DNA of 64,000 bases from Terrimicrobiaceae bacterium (GCA_044342325.1 JBIIPZ010000012.1:9354-73353), one strand, 5' to 3'; shown: positions 19,474-32,205, counted from the first letter of the stretch. Program-made: numbers and translations. The notes: a model not told the origin generated them from the sequence alone.

Positions 19474-20820
19474 ATGGCAAACGATCATTCTCCGGTGAAA
19501 GGCAATTTCAGACTCCCCATTGTTGCAGGCGCCTTGGCAGCCATCGCGGCGTCTTCCCCTTGTTTTTTTTCCCGAGCTGAAAGCCTGCGCGCTGCCATGG
19601 CGGGTTGCGCCGGGGACGCAGGATGGCTGGATCGCCTCGCCGCCGCAGGCTTTGCGGGCGGGGGACTACTGGGAGCGGATGCAGCCCGGGCGCTCTGCGT
19701 GGCTGTGCCCGTTTTTGCCGGCTTTTTGGCCATCGCCTGGATTTGCAAAAAACTCCCGGCGGACTTTCAAAACCGCATCCGCTTGGGACTCCTCATTGCC
19801 GCGTTGGTCGTCACAGGACTAGGCGCTTTCGAGGTCTTCCAAGCCTCGCGGAGTGACATTCAGGACATTCGGCTCCTCGCTCCCGTTGATTTATTCGAAC
19901 AAGCCGGTGAGGGACGCGTTTTTCTCAATGCCCCCGCCCTCTTGGCGGCACGCCTTCTATCGCCGGATCTCGCCTCGCGCGCGCCGGATGCCCGTTCGAT
20001 TCAGCCCCTCAGCTCCTCACCGGTGCGGTGGCGCGAAGAGGATCGCAGCGCACCCTTTCAAGCCATCCTTCTCGCCGTTCCCCTGGAAGACTCCCGCCCA
20101 CTCGTTGAAATGCTGAACTCAACTCCTGAGTGGCATCTCACGAAAATTGACAATCAGGGCCTGCTCTATCGACGCGGCACAGACGAACAGCCCCCACAAA
20201 GCATCGAGACAGTTTTTGCCAACAAACGGGACAATGCTCTTCATCATGCCCAGACCGCCATGGTCATGCACTTTCTGGGAAAAAATAAAGACGCCCTTGA
20301 GTGGATGGCCAAAGCCCGCCAGACCGCGCCGCGCGATCCCCTCGTGCTTACGCAATCGGCCACACTCGCTGCGGCACTCAAGCAGTGGCCAACGACAAAA
20401 AAAGAGGCTGAACTGGCGCTGAAAGAAGACCCCTCCTCCACACAGGCCCGCTACCTCCTCGCCCTTGCCCTCCTCGAGACCGGCAACATCTCCGGTGCCG
20501 CCGAGGAATCGGCCAATCTCTCCACCAAGGCTTCGAACACCCCTTCCGTCCTATGGCTGCAGGCCCGGATATCGCGAGAGGCAAACGACCCCACCACCGA
20601 AATCGCCGTCCTCGAAAAACTCCTCACCCTGGCACAAAAGCAAAAAGAGGAACCAACGATCATCCACATCCACCTCGCCCAAGCCTGGGCGAAGCGCGGA
20701 TTCGCCACCCAAGCACTCGAAAACTACAATGCTGCACTCCGCGGCAACCTCACTCCCAAGCAACGCACGGAGTTGGAAAACGCGAGGGAGACGATCTTGA
20801 GCCGTGCGCCACGGCATTGA
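19474..20820 (+). CDS. Membrane protein with C-terminal TPR repeats
   Basis: N-terminal hydrophobic segments; TPR-like helical repeats (ALKEDPSSTQARYLLALALLETG). Confidence 0.7.
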   Translation: MANDHSPVKGNFRLPIVAGALAAIAASSPCFFSRAESLRAAMAGCAGDAGWLDRLAAAGFAGGGLLGADAARALCVAVPVFAGFLAIAWICKKLPADFQNRIRLGLLIAALVVTGLGAFEVFQASRSDIQDIRLLAPVDLFEQAGEGRVFLNAPALLAARLLSPDLASRAPDARSIQPLSSSPVRWREEDRSAPFQAILLAVPLEDSRPLVEMLNSTPEWHLTKIDNQGLLYRRGTDEQPPQSIETVFANKRDNALHHAQTAMVMHFLGKNKDALEWMAKARQTAPRDPLVLTQSATLAAALKQWPTTKKEAELALKEDPSSTQARYLLALALLETGNISGAAEESANLSTKASNTPSVLWLQARISREANDPTTEIAVLEKLLTLAQKQKEEPTIIHIHLAQAWAKRGFATQALENYNAALRGNLTPKQRTELENARETILSRAPRH

Positions 20821-20897
20821 TTTTGCAGCGCTGGGACTGGATTGCAGCTGGAAGAAGGTAAGTTGACGCAGGGTCTCATTTGGGCCACTTTGAGACC

Positions 20898-21116
20898 ATG
20901 AGCGCTATCGTAAAGAGCCGTATCGATCCTGAACTGAAACGGCAGGCTGAGGCCGTCTTAGAGGAGATCGGACTGAAGCCGCGCGCCGCATTGGAGCTTT
21001 TCTACAAACAAATCATCAAGCGCCGTGCGATTCCATTTCCGGTGAAGGCAGATTGCCCTGAAGATGAGATTTTAAGCTCCGCCGAACGGCGCAATGCGAT
21101 GGCGGACGATTTTTAG
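20898..21116 (+). CDS. RelB/DinJ family antitoxin
   Basis: VKSRIDPELKRQAEAVLEEIGL...ALELFYKQII..RAIPF. Confidence 0.88.
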   Translation: MSAIVKSRIDPELKRQAEAVLEEIGLKPRAALELFYKQIIKRRAIPFPVKADCPEDEILSSAERRNAMADDF

Positions 21117-21118
21117 GA

Positions 21119-21457
21119 ATGAAAACGGTGCCTCAGCGCGGCGAGGTTTGGTTCGTTGACCTTGGTTCGGTTGCCAAGCCTCGTTACGCGCTGGTTCTGG
21201 CGGCACAGTGCGATGCTCGGCTTGCTTTGGCCAGCGTGGTATTGATCACCACACAATTCGACGGCACGAGCTACGAAGTTACTTTGCCCCGCGTGCGTTG
21301 GTTGCGGGAGCAGAGCTACATCAATGTTCAGAGCATCCAACCTGTGAAATTCACCGAGTTCGTTCGCAAAGCCCCTGGGACTTTCGATGTCGGCGTTCTG
21401 GGCGGTATAGAAGCCGCACTCAAGCGCTGGCTCAGCATTCAACCCACTGAGGCATAG
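21119..21457 (+). CDS. PemK/MazF family toxin
   Basis: QRGEVWFVDLG..KPRYALVL, VLITT, SYINVQSIQ. Confidence 0.88.
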   Translation: MKTVPQRGEVWFVDLGSVAKPRYALVLAAQCDARLALASVVLITTQFDGTSYEVTLPRVRWLREQSYINVQSIQPVKFTEFVRKAPGTFDVGVLGGIEAALKRWLSIQPTEA

Positions 21458-21566
21458 AATTTCTCATCCGATATTTACCGGAGCCTTGATCGGAACTGTC
21501 CCAACGAGCGGGCCGTTTTTGTTAAACCACTGATGCATCACGCAAGTTTAAGGGCTCCATCCAATT

Positions 21567-21605
21567 AAAAAAACAAGGGGCACGATTCAAAAATCGTGCC
21601 CCTTG
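21567..21605 (-). terminator. Rho-independent terminator of eno
   Basis: 14-bp stem CAAGGGGCACGATT/AATCGTGCCCCTTG followed by a T-run on the minus strand. Confidence 0.85.
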
Positions 21606-21631
21606 GCGTGAGAGAATAGGCGGTGCTATTT

Positions 21632-23293
<1,662 letters not shown>

Positions 23294-23295
23294 AA

Positions 23296-24261
23296 ATGAA
23301 GCGCGTTGTTTTTTGCGGCACCGGGGAGATCGGACTCCCCGCCTTGAAGGCCCTCCTCGACTCGGGAAAATACGAAGTGCCTGGCGTCATCACCCAGCCC
23401 GACAAGCCCGCCGGTCGTGACTTGAAGCCACGCGCCTCGGCGATCAAACAGCTGGCCGTTGAACGCGGTATTCCCGTGCACCAACCTCCGAAACTCCGCG
23501 ATGCGGCATCCCTCGAAATGCTACGGAGTCTGAAGCCGGATGTGATGGTGGTCGTGGCCTATGGTCAGATCCTACCGAAGTCCGTCTTGGAATTGCCACG
23601 CCTCGGCTGTCTCAATCTCCACGCCTCGCTCCTGCCCCGCCATCGCGGTGCGTCGCCGATCCATGCGGCGATCCTTGCGGGGGATGCCACAACGGGCATG
23701 ACTGTGATGTATATGGACGAGGGCCTCGATACGGGGGATGTCCTGCTCGAGGAGGCTCTGGAAATAGGCACGCAGGAAACAACCGGTGAACTCCATGATC
23801 GCTTGGCGGCGCTCGCCGCTCCATGCCTTCTGCGGGCATTGGAGCTGCTGGCGGCGGGCAACGCGCCCCGCACGCCTCAAGACCCGGGAAAAGCAACCTA
23901 CGCGGCGAAATTGAAAAAAGCGGATGGCTTTCTGGATTGGACCCGTCCCGCATCGGAGCTCGCCCTTCGGGTGCGGGCGATGTCGCCATGGCCGGGAGCA
24001 TTTGCCCGCATTTCGGGTCATGTTTTGAAAATCCACTCCGCAGCCGAAGATACTGCCTCGGGCATTCCCGGCAGCGTGCTGCAAGCGGATGCCGACTCTC
24101 TTGTGGTCGCCTGCGCAACGGGCTCCCTGAGGCTTCTGAGTGTGCAACTCGAAGGCCGGAAGCGCCTGCCCGTCGCCGAATTTCTGCGGGGGTTTCCGCT
24201 GACTCCAGGCGCGCGTTTTGATTTGTCCTTTTCTCCGGAGCCCTCATGCGGTTCTATGTGA
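23296..24261 (+). CDS. fmt: Methionyl-tRNA formyltransferase
   Basis: [42 protein letters not shown]. Confidence 0.95.
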   Translation: MKRVVFCGTGEIGLPALKALLDSGKYEVPGVITQPDKPAGRDLKPRASAIKQLAVERGIPVHQPPKLRDAASLEMLRSLKPDVMVVVAYGQILPKSVLELPRLGCLNLHASLLPRHRGASPIHAAILAGDATTGMTVMYMDEGLDTGDVLLEEALEIGTQETTGELHDRLAALAAPCLLRALELLAAGNAPRTPQDPGKATYAAKLKKADGFLDWTRPASELALRVRAMSPWPGAFARISGHVLKIHSAAEDTASGIPGSVLQADADSLVVACATGSLRLLSVQLEGRKRLPVAEFLRGFPLTPGARFDLSFSPEPSCGSM

Positions 24262-24271
24262 GCACTCGCCC

Positions 24272-25009
24272 ATGTCCCAAACATCCCATGTCCGCTACAA
24301 ACGGGTCGTGCTCAAACTCAGCGGAGAGGTTCTCCGCGAGCCAGGAAGCCGCGACAGCATAAGCCCCGAAGTCGTCCAAAAAATCGCCTCACAGGTCGCG
24401 GAAGCCCGCAAACTTGGAGTCGAACTGGCCATCGTCATCGGCGGCGGCAACATCTGGCGCGGCCTTACAGCCAGCCACCGCGGCATGAACCGCACCACGG
24501 CAGACTACATGGGCATGCTGGCCACAGTCATCAACGGCCTCGCCCTCATGGCCGCCCTCGAAGCCCAAGGCGTCGAGGTCCGGGTCCAAACGGCCATCGA
24601 AATGCAGAACCTCGCCGAGCCGTTCATCGTCCGCCGCGCCACACGCCATCTCGAGCTCGGCCGTGTCGTGATCTTTGTCGCAGGCACTGGAAATCCCTTT
24701 TTCTCGACCGACACCACCGCCGCCCTCCGGGCCGCAGAGATCGGCGCGCAGGTCATTTTGAAAGCCACAAAAGTCGATGGCATCTACGACTCGGATCCCG
24801 TAAAAAACCCGGACGCCAAGCGTTTCACCCACATCACCTACTCGGAGGCCCTCTCGCGCCGCCTGCAGGTCATGGACTCTACGGCCTTCAGCCTCTGCAT
24901 GGACAACAAAATGCCGATCATCGTTTTTGATATGAACAAGCCCGACAACATCCGCCTGGCGATCGCCGGCGAGGAAGTGGGCACCCTTGTTTCCGAAAAA
25001 TCCGAATAG
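24272..25009 (+). CDS. pyrH: Uridylate kinase
   Basis: [39 protein letters not shown]. Confidence 0.96.
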   Translation: MSQTSHVRYKRVVLKLSGEVLREPGSRDSISPEVVQKIASQVAEARKLGVELAIVIGGGNIWRGLTASHRGMNRTTADYMGMLATVINGLALMAALEAQGVEVRVQTAIEMQNLAEPFIVRRATRHLELGRVVIFVAGTGNPFFSTDTTAALRAAEIGAQVILKATKVDGIYDSDPVKNPDAKRFTHITYSEALSRRLQVMDSTAFSLCMDNKMPIIVFDMNKPDNIRLAIAGEEVGTLVSEKSE

Positions 25010-25014
25010 CCACC

Positions 25015-25575
25015 ATGAGTATCGAAGAAATCCTTTTTGAAGCCGAGGAGGGCATGGAAAAAGCCGTGGCCTTCATGACGCAAGAGTTTGCCGCCATCCG
25101 CACCGGCAAAGCCTCCCCAGCCCTCGTGGAGAACATCGATGTCGAAGCCTACGGCTCCACGATGAAACTCAAACAACTCGCACTCATCACCGCGCCGGAA
25201 CCCCGCCTGCTTGTGATCCAGCCCTTCGATGGCACCACGGTCCGCGACATCGAGCGCGCCCTCAATGAATCCCGCATCGGCATTCATCCAGCGGTGGATG
25301 GCAAACTCATCCGCCTCCCGATTCCCGAACTCTCCGAAGAACGCCGCCGCGACTTGGCCAAAACCGTGAAAGGCATCGCCGAGGAATCCCGCGTGCGCGT
25401 GCGCTCCAGCCGCCGCAGTGCGATGGATGCCGCAAAGAAAACTCAAAAGGACGGCAAGATGAGCGAAGACGAACTCCGGGACACCGAGGGCGAGGTCCAA
25501 AAACTCACCGACCGCTTTGTTGCAGATATCGACAAACACACTGCCGCAAAAGAGGCGGAATTGATGAAAATATGA
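25015..25575 (+). CDS. frr: Ribosome recycling factor
   Basis: IRTGKASP, P.LSEERR; follows pyrH. Confidence 0.96.
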   Translation: MSIEEILFEAEEGMEKAVAFMTQEFAAIRTGKASPALVENIDVEAYGSTMKLKQLALITAPEPRLLVIQPFDGTTVRDIERALNESRIGIHPAVDGKLIRLPIPELSEERRRDLAKTVKGIAEESRVRVRSSRRSAMDAAKKTQKDGKMSEDELRDTEGEVQKLTDRFVADIDKHTAAKEAELMKI

Positions 25576-26051
25576 AAGCCATCACCGCTCTCCTTGCGGC
25601 GCTCTGCCTCGCCCTCCCACTTCAAGCCGAAGTCGTTCGTGAAGCTCCTGCCTTCACTTGGACTGACTCGACCGGCTCCGCCAAGCCTCTCAAAAACCTG
25701 CGCGGACAACCCGTGGTTCTTGTCATCGCCAACAGCCCACGCCAATGGTCCTTCCGCTCCCAAGTCGGCCAGCTCCAGAAAATTTACGCCCGCTTCGCCG
25801 CCGAGAAACTTCTCTGCGTCGCCGCCTTTTCAGGCGAGCAAGACATCATCCGCTCAAACATCCCGTTCCTCACCGTGCCCGACGGTCCCGGCACAGCCAC
25901 CGCCTACGAAGTGCCCGAAGGCTTCGCCATCGCCGTGGTCGGAGCGGATGGCAACCTCGACTGCTTCAGCACCCGCGTGCTCCCAGCCCAGCGCATCTTC
26001 GACATCATCCAAAACTCCTACACCAATCAAAAACATCTCCGCCGCGATTGA
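25572..26051 (+). CDS. Secreted thioredoxin-like fold protein (no CxxC)
   Basis: Signal peptide; APAFTW.D..G...L..LRGQPVVL resembles an AhpC/TSA N-terminus. Confidence 0.6.
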   Translation: MKAITALLAALCLALPLQAEVVREAPAFTWTDSTGSAKPLKNLRGQPVVLVIANSPRQWSFRSQVGQLQKIYARFAAEKLLCVAAFSGEQDIIRSNIPFLTVPDGPGTATAYEVPEGFAIAVVGADGNLDCFSTRVLPAQRIFDIIQNSYTNQKHLRRD

Positions 26052-26100
26052 TGTCTTCAGGCTCAAGCCCACATACCCCGCGATAAGCACCGACCCTTCC

Positions 26101-26134
26101 AAACTTAAAACTTAATTTCTAAAACTTAAAACTT
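26101..26134. repeat. Short AAAACTT heptamer tandem repeats
   Basis: aaacttaaaactt-aatttct-aaaacttaaaactt immediately upstream of the YqeY gene. Confidence 0.6.
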
Positions 26135-26137
26135 CCA

Positions 26138-26593
26138 ATGAGCTTCCAAGACCAAATCAACCAAGACATCAAAGCCGCCATGCTCGCACGCGAGTCGGCA
26201 AAACTCGGCGTCCTCCGCATGCTGAAAACCGCCCTCATGAACTCCGCCATCGAGAAAGGCGGAGCCGGCAGCACACTCGACGACGCCGATGCACTCGCCA
26301 TCGTTCGTAAAGAAGTCAAGAAGCGCCAAGACTCGATCGAGGCCTTTGAAAAGGGCGGACGCCCTGAAATGGCAGCCACCGAGAAAGCTGAGATCGAAAT
26401 TCTCAACAACTACCTTCCCCAGCCTCTCTCAGCAGAGGAGGTCACCGCACTCGTCCAAGCCGCCATCGCGGAAACCGGCGCCACCAGCCGCAAGGAAATG
26501 GGAGCGGTGATCAAACTCGTCACCGAAAAAGCCGCAGGCCGCGCCGATGGACGCACGATCAGCGCAGAGGTCCAAAAACACCTCACCGCCTGA
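26138..26593 (+). CDS. GatB/YqeY domain protein
   Basis: DIKAAM, KEVKKRQDSIEAF..GGR, YLPQPLS, KEMGAV, GRADG. Confidence 0.92.
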   Translation: MSFQDQINQDIKAAMLARESAKLGVLRMLKTALMNSAIEKGGAGSTLDDADALAIVRKEVKKRQDSIEAFEKGGRPEMAATEKAEIEILNNYLPQPLSAEEVTALVQAAIAETGATSRKEMGAVIKLVTEKAAGRADGRTISAEVQKHLTA

Positions 26594-26608
26594 TTTTTTT
26601 CGCGTCCC

Positions 26609-27184
26609 CTAAAGACTCCGATCCGCAGGAACGCTCAGAAACCGGCTGCCAGCAGCCACAAACCTCCACGGGAAATCCGCCGAGCGCGTTATGCCAACGC
26701 GTGTGCAGGCTTGGACATTGGGCGCAGCGCTCGGATGCCGCAACGAGGCATCTGGATCCGACAAGAGATCCCGGCCATGAAAGGCTCCATCAATCCCTAA
26801 AGCACGGGTAAGCTTGCCCGGGCCGGAACAGAGGTTTTTGGGAGCCGTCATGTTGCGGCGGCGGGTCATTTCCTCGATGCCACGCGTCGGTTCCAGAGCA
26901 CGAATCAAAACAAACCCATCCTCGCTCCCGCCTCTCACGAGAAAGTTCAGCAGCCAGTGCACCCCGTAGTTCAAATACACATACGCAGCGCCAGCCGGCA
27001 TTCGCGTCACAAACTCCCGCGACGACGGTCTGGAAAAAGTGTGGCACGCCTCATCGTTCAATACGGAATAAGCCTCGGTCTCCACAATCACGCCCCCGCA
27101 GCCGTTCCAAACCAGCTCACAGCCGACCATCTCGCGCGCACAAGTCACAGGATCACTTTGAAAGAATTCGGCCTTAATGTTCAT
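26609..27184 (-). CDS. DNA-3-methyladenine glycosylase (Mpg/AAG family)
   Basis: IVETEAY, AYVYLNYGVH, VLIRALEP, GPGKLTRALGI, RVGIT, PWRF. Confidence 0.92.
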   Translation of the reverse strand: MNIKAEFFQSDPVTCAREMVGCELVWNGCGGVIVETEAYSVLNDEACHTFSRPSSREFVTRMPAGAAYVYLNYGVHWLLNFLVRGGSEDGFVLIRALEPTRGIEEMTRRRNMTAPKNLCSGPGKLTRALGIDGAFHGRDLLSDPDASLRHPSAAPNVQACTRVGITRSADFPWRFVAAGSRFLSVPADRSL

Positions 27185-27260
27185 GCAGGCCACAGTGTAA
27201 AGAGCGGGTAAAAGTGTTCAAATTTTGTCTGTGCAAGAGCGCTCATCGCGCGCCTTCCAT

Positions 27261-27411
27261 GGGAGGGCCATCGTCCCGCATGGCCCAAATTTCCATCACG
27301 GATGGCGAGGAATGACTACCAGACACCTTCCCGCATAAAACCGCCCGAACCACGCCCCTCAGACGCCGCTTCGCGGCTGAAGAATGGGCCATGCCGGAGG
27401 ATGGCCCTCCC
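27261..27411. repeat. Inverted pair of 27-nt GGAG-type REP-like palindromes
   Basis: gggagggccatcgtcccgcatggccca (27261-27287) and its near reverse complement at 27385-27411 (2 mismatches). Confidence 0.75.
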
Positions 27412-27424
27412 TGCGGGCGCACGC

Positions 27425-28330
27425 TCAGCGTGAAGGCGCCGCCGGTGCTGCACCCTGGAATTCGCCCACATTCAGGAAAGGCACGACTCCGCCGCCGCTG
27501 ATGCGTGGCAGGACGCCGTCCCATTTTTCGATTGAGCGGAGCTGGATGATTTCGGGGCTTTGCTTGAGGGCGAGGGCCTCGCGCTGGATGGCGTCGGCGC
27601 GGGCCTTGGACTGCACCTCGGTGGAGAAAGCTTCGGCGGATGCGGCGAGCTTGCGCTCCTCGGCGCTCGCTTCGGCTTGGGTGACGCGCATGATTTTTTC
27701 GTTTTTCGCCTGCAGGGCCATTTGCTCGGCCTTCACCTTGGCCTCAATGGCGCGGTTGAATTCTGGCGAGAATTCGAAGTCTGTGATGGCCAGATTCGCG
27801 ATGGTGATGGCGTTTTCCAGCCCCTTCTCGCGGAGGGTGTCGTTGAAAAAATTGCCCAGCGCATCCTGGATTTGTTGCTTCACGATTTCGCGTTTCGTCA
27901 CCAACTCCTCGGCGGTGAACTTGGCCGTGACGCCTTTCACGCACTCTTGGATGGCGGGCTCCACCAGCGAGGCCGAAACTTTTTTGAGCGTGCCAATGCG
28001 CTGGTAGATGAGCGGGGCCAACGCACCATTCAGAGAATACTGCATTGTCACCTGTGTGGAGACGGATTGGAGATCTTTCGAGGCTGCGGTGGCTTGCGCA
28101 TGGCTTGCGGTGAGGCGGACATCTATTTGCTGAACCTGATCGACAATCGGTTTCTTCATATGAAATCCCTCCGGCAGTGCATTCGGTTGGACTGCTCCCA
28201 AAGTCGTCACAACTCCTACATTTCCACTCTCAATGACCACTGTCATAGAAGACAAAAGGGCAAACGCTCCTACGAGTAGGATGGCAACAGGAACAAGAAT
28301 ACGGGCAGGTGAGCGGTTGAAATCGTTCAT
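27425..28330 (-). CDS. SPFH/prohibitin family protein
   Basis: N-terminal TM; SKDLQ, FTAEELVTKR, FSPEF..AIEAK, IEKWDGVLP. Confidence 0.92.
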   Translation of the reverse strand: MNDFNRSPARILVPVAILLVGAFALLSSMTVVIESGNVGVVTTLGAVQPNALPEGFHMKKPIVDQVQQIDVRLTASHAQATAASKDLQSVSTQVTMQYSLNGALAPLIYQRIGTLKKVSASLVEPAIQECVKGVTAKFTAEELVTKREIVKQQIQDALGNFFNDTLREKGLENAITIANLAITDFEFSPEFNRAIEAKVKAEQMALQAKNEKIMRVTQAEASAEERKLAASAEAFSTEVQSKARADAIQREALALKQSPEIIQLRSIEKWDGVLPRISGGGVVPFLNVGEFQGAAPAAPSR

Positions 28331-28484
28331 AAGGCGGCCAATGTAATGCAAAGTCGCAACAGTGCAAATTTTTCACTACCGAGGGTGCGCGAGAATTTAA
28401 CCACCACTGCCAAAAATCCACCGTCCTCGTTGCCATTTACTTTAGGAAAGGACTAAGTTTGTCCTTCAACCTCTCCAGCCACTC

Positions 28485-29915
28485 ATGTCAAACCCATCGA
28501 CCCCTCGCAAAATCAGCTTCGTTGTTTACTTCATCGGATTTACCGCCGCACTGGCCGGGCTCCTTTTTGGCCTCGATGTAGGGGTGATATCCGGTGCGCT
28601 GGATTTCATCAAAAAGGATTTCCTCTCAGAATTGAATCCCCTACAAGCCGACTCTCGGGCCGAGTTTATCGTCAGCGCCCTGCTCTGGGGGGCTGTCGCC
28701 GGCACGCTGATCAGTGGTTTTCTCTCCTCCAAATTCGGGCGCCGGAAGACGATTCTGGTGAGCGCTGTGGTTTTTGTGGCGGGTTCATTGGCATGCGCTT
28801 TTTCGCCTGATGAGAATTTCCTTATCGGCGCGCGTTTCCTTCTGGGAATCGGCGTGGGCGTGGCCTCGTTCACCGCACCGCTTTACCTCTCGGAAATCTC
28901 TCCCCAATCGGTGCGCGGCTCCATGATCTCGATGTATCAATTGATGATCACCATCGGCATCCTGATTGCATTTCTCGCTGACACTTGGTTGGCGACCTAC
29001 GCGACCTTCGGAGGCCAGACTGGCGGCCACTGGCGCGTGATGTTGGGAGTCATTTCCATTCCCGCAGCCATTATGTTCGTCGGCGTGCTTTCACTTCCGG
29101 AGAGTCCGCGATGGCTTTTCCTGAATGGATTCCACAACCAGGCGAAGGATGTCTTCCGCAAGATGAAGTTGGACGACGCGGAAATCGCTGCCGAGGTTAA
29201 AGAGATCGAGGAAAGTTCGGCCGTGAAGCAAAGCGGGTGGCAACTTTTCTCCCAGAACTCAAACTTCCGCCGCGCCATCGCACTCGGCATCGGCCTGCAA
29301 GTCATCCAGCAACTCACAGGCATCAATGTGATCATGTATTACGCACCCCGGATTTTTGAATTGGCGGGATTCGGCGAGAAGACCGAGCAAATGTGGGGCA
29401 CCGTGCTCGTGGGAATAACCAATGTGTTGGCCACATTCATTGCGATTGCCTTCGTTGACCGCTTGGGCCGCAAGCCGATCATGTATGCGGGCTTCATAAC
29501 CATGGGCGCTGCCATGGCCACCGTGGGCGTGCTCTTCAATTCCGGCATCGAGCAGCACCCCTCCCTCGGCTATTCGGCCATCGGCGCGCTTCTTGTGTTC
29601 ATTATCGGTTTCGCCATGAGCGCCGGACCTATCATCTGGGTGATCTGCTCGGAGATTTACCCCCTCTCGGGACGCGATCTCGGCGTGACTGTGAGCACAG
29701 CAACAAACTGGATCGTCAATGCAATCGTGGGCCAAACCTTCCTGACCCTCATCAACTCGATAGGCGGCGGAAACACATTCCTGCTCTACGGGGGATTGAA
29801 TGTGCTCTTCATTATTTTCTTCATCCTCCTCGTGCCCGAAACAAAAGGCATCTCGCTCGAGGCGATCGAGAGAAACCTCATGTCTGGAAAACGCCTGCGG
29901 GAAATCGGACGCTGA
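28485..29915 (+). CDS. Sugar porter family MFS transporter (GalP/AraE-like)
   Basis: GLLFGLDVGVISGA, FGRRK, PESPRWL, QQLTGINVIMYYAP, PETKG. Confidence 0.93.
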   Translation: MSNPSTPRKISFVVYFIGFTAALAGLLFGLDVGVISGALDFIKKDFLSELNPLQADSRAEFIVSALLWGAVAGTLISGFLSSKFGRRKTILVSAVVFVAGSLACAFSPDENFLIGARFLLGIGVGVASFTAPLYLSEISPQSVRGSMISMYQLMITIGILIAFLADTWLATYATFGGQTGGHWRVMLGVISIPAAIMFVGVLSLPESPRWLFLNGFHNQAKDVFRKMKLDDAEIAAEVKEIEESSAVKQSGWQLFSQNSNFRRAIALGIGLQVIQQLTGINVIMYYAPRIFELAGFGEKTEQMWGTVLVGITNVLATFIAIAFVDRLGRKPIMYAGFITMGAAMATVGVLFNSGIEQHPSLGYSAIGALLVFIIGFAMSAGPIIWVICSEIYPLSGRDLGVTVSTATNWIVNAIVGQTFLTLINSIGGGNTFLLYGGLNVLFIIFFILLVPETKGISLEAIERNLMSGKRLREIGR

Positions 29916-29924
29916 GTTGCTGCC

Positions 29925-30434
29925 TCAGAGCTGAAAGAGTTCCTCATCGACTTTGCGGAAATTCTTGAGGAGCGCGTCCAGTTGCTGGCGGGTGTGGGAT
30001 TTTTGGATTTTTTCGATCTCAGCGCCTGCCAAAGCATCGCAACGCTCGTTCTCAGGGTGCCCGGCATGGCCCTTGAGCCACTTCCAATCGATGCGGTGAG
30101 GCTTGCAAGCGGCATCGAGAGCGCGCCAGAGGTCTGCATTTTTTACCGGTTCACGCTTTGCGGTGACCCAGCCCTTCTTGCGCCAGGAGTGAATCCACTC
30201 CGTGATGCCCATGCGAAGATATTGGGAGTCGGTGAAAATGGTGACTTCGCAGGGTTCCTTGAGCGTTTGGAGAGCCGAAATCGCTGCGCTCAATTCCATG
30301 CGGTTGTTGGTCGTGGCCGCCTCGCCCCCGGAGATGGCACGCTCGTGTTTGCCGTAACGCAGAATCGCCGCCCAGCCACCTGGGCCGGGGTTTCCAAGAC
30401 ATCCCCCATCAGTAAAAATCGTGACCTTCTTCAT
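29925..30434 (-). CDS. rnhA: Ribonuclease HI
   Basis: [48 protein letters not shown]. Confidence 0.96.
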   Translation of the reverse strand: MKKVTIFTDGGCLGNPGPGGWAAILRYGKHERAISGGEAATTNNRMELSAAISALQTLKEPCEVTIFTDSQYLRMGITEWIHSWRKKGWVTAKREPVKNADLWRALDAACKPHRIDWKWLKGHAGHPENERCDALAGAEIEKIQKSHTRQQLDALLKNFRKVDEELFQL

Positions 30435-31171
30435 GGCTCTTGACCACGCAGGAAGCGAAGAGCTTGAAATGGCCATTCCAAAAGAAGCCGCGCGTGGGCT
30501 GCAACGAGCAGGAGATTGTCTCTCAGGTAGCGGAAATGACTCACCCCACCCTCGCTTCGCGGGGGATAAAAAACAGGCACGGCGACATTGATGCAAGGCA
30601 GACCGGCCCAAGTGAGGCGCACGGAGAGAACCGTGTCGAAATCAAATCGACGCGCCCACTTTGTGTTTTCCAACACTTCCAAGGCGGGAGCGACGGGATA
30701 AAGACGGAAACCGAAGAGGGAATCCTCGGCACCCGCTCCAAGCGTCTCGAGCGTGGCGAAGAAGTTTCCTGCGAAGCGTCCAAGCACGCGCTCACGCGGC
30801 GCATCTGGCCCGAAGACCGGAACCCCGCAAACAAAGGCGGCAGGGTTGTTTTTCGAGATTTCAAAAAACGGCCGAATCATCGCTGCCGGATGCTGACCAT
30901 CGGCATCCATCACCAATACATGAGTGAATCCCTCAGCCTGCGCGGCCTGGAGCGCCACGAGCACGGCGGCACCTTTTCCAGCGTTTTGCGGAAGGCGGAG
31001 AAATTTCACGCCTTCCAGACCGAGCGATTCGGCGTCCGTGTCGCTGCCATCCGTGCTGGCATCCACCACCACCCACACAGCATGCCACTCGGCATGGGCT
31101 TCACGAAGAGTTTGCGCCAGGCGGACGCCGCTATTGTATGTCGGCAGGAGGACGAGAGGTTTCAAATTCAT
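30431..31171 (-). CDS. Glycosyltransferase family 2
   Basis: [38 protein letters not shown]. Confidence 0.9.
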   Translation of the reverse strand: MNLKPLVLLPTYNSGVRLAQTLREAHAEWHAVWVVVDASTDGSDTDAESLGLEGVKFLRLPQNAGKGAAVLVALQAAQAEGFTHVLVMDADGQHPAAMIRPFFEISKNNPAAFVCGVPVFGPDAPRERVLGRFAGNFFATLETLGAGAEDSLFGFRLYPVAPALEVLENTKWARRFDFDTVLSVRLTWAGLPCINVAVPVFYPPRSEGGVSHFRYLRDNLLLVAAHARLLLEWPFQALRFLRGQEP

Positions 31172-32100
31172 CGTGTGAGCCAGAGCGCCACCGGCAGAGC
31201 GAATGCGGAAAAGATCGTGCTCAGAACAATCGAGCCGCTCGCGACGGCCTCATCGGCTTCCATCTGACGAGCCATCACAAAAGCCGCCGCCGCCGTCGGG
31301 CAGGAGGCAAAAACCATGGCGATCCGCAGATCGACTGTGGCCAATCCCAGCAGCGCCCCGATGGCAAAAACCACCGCTGGAACGAAAACAAGTTTGAGCA
31401 AGACCGCAGCTGCCATTCCGGCGATGTTTTTTCCCAATTTGATAAACGCAATCGATCCCCCTATGCAGACCAATGCCATCGGGACGGCTGCGGCGCCTAT
31501 TGTTTCAAGCGTCCTATCGACAAAGAGCGGCAAGGACCAATCGAACGCGTTGAAGACCAAGCCCGCCGCGCACGAAATAAGGAGGGGATTCGTGAACAAG
31601 GCGCGCACACCGGGTTTCACAGCGCTCCAAGAGAGTTGGTGGCGTCCGGCCTGGAGCACGATGATGGCCAGAACATTGTAGCTGGATATCAAAACAGCCA
31701 TGCAAACCACAGCTGTGGCGAAGTGGCTTTTCCCATCTGGCAAACCCTCGAAAGCATAGGCAAGAACAGGCATACCGATATAAGCGAGATTGGAACGGAA
31801 GGCAGACTGAGACACGGCGGCGTGCGAAGCGTCTGAGAGCTTCAGAGCGACGGAAACCAGCCAACCAGCCACGGCCGCAAGAAATGTCGCGCTAAGAACT
31901 GTGCCAATAATCCCGGCAACCTCCGGGCCCGAGTCTCCCGAGATCGAAGCCGTGCGGAAGAGCGATGCCGGCAGCGCCACATAGAAAGTGAACCTGTTCA
32001 GCTCCCCCATGAACACCGGTCCGGAAAACCGGACGCGGGCCAGAATGATACCGAGAACGACCAACAGGAGAACCGGCGAAAGAATATTAAAAATGCCCAT
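31168..32100 (-). CDS. AEC (auxin efflux carrier) family transporter
   Basis: YVALPASLF, FRSNLAYIGMP, NPLLI, PMALVCIG, LKLVFVP, PTA. Confidence 0.9.
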   Translation of the reverse strand: MGIFNILSPVLLLVVLGIILARVRFSGPVFMGELNRFTFYVALPASLFRTASISGDSGPEVAGIIGTVLSATFLAAVAGWLVSVALKLSDASHAAVSQSAFRSNLAYIGMPVLAYAFEGLPDGKSHFATAVVCMAVLISSYNVLAIIVLQAGRHQLSWSAVKPGVRALFTNPLLISCAAGLVFNAFDWSLPLFVDRTLETIGAAAVPMALVCIGGSIAFIKLGKNIAGMAAAVLLKLVFVPAVVFAIGALLGLATVDLRIAMVFASCPTAAAAFVMARQMEADEAVASGSIVLSTIFSAFALPVALWLTR

Positions 32101-32205
32101 GCAGTATTTGGCAGCGAGGCCGGATTGGAAAGGTTGCCGCCATCACGCGCAAGCCTCATCCGCAACCATACACGCAACCTGCGAGTCGGCACTTATCGCA
32201 AACGA

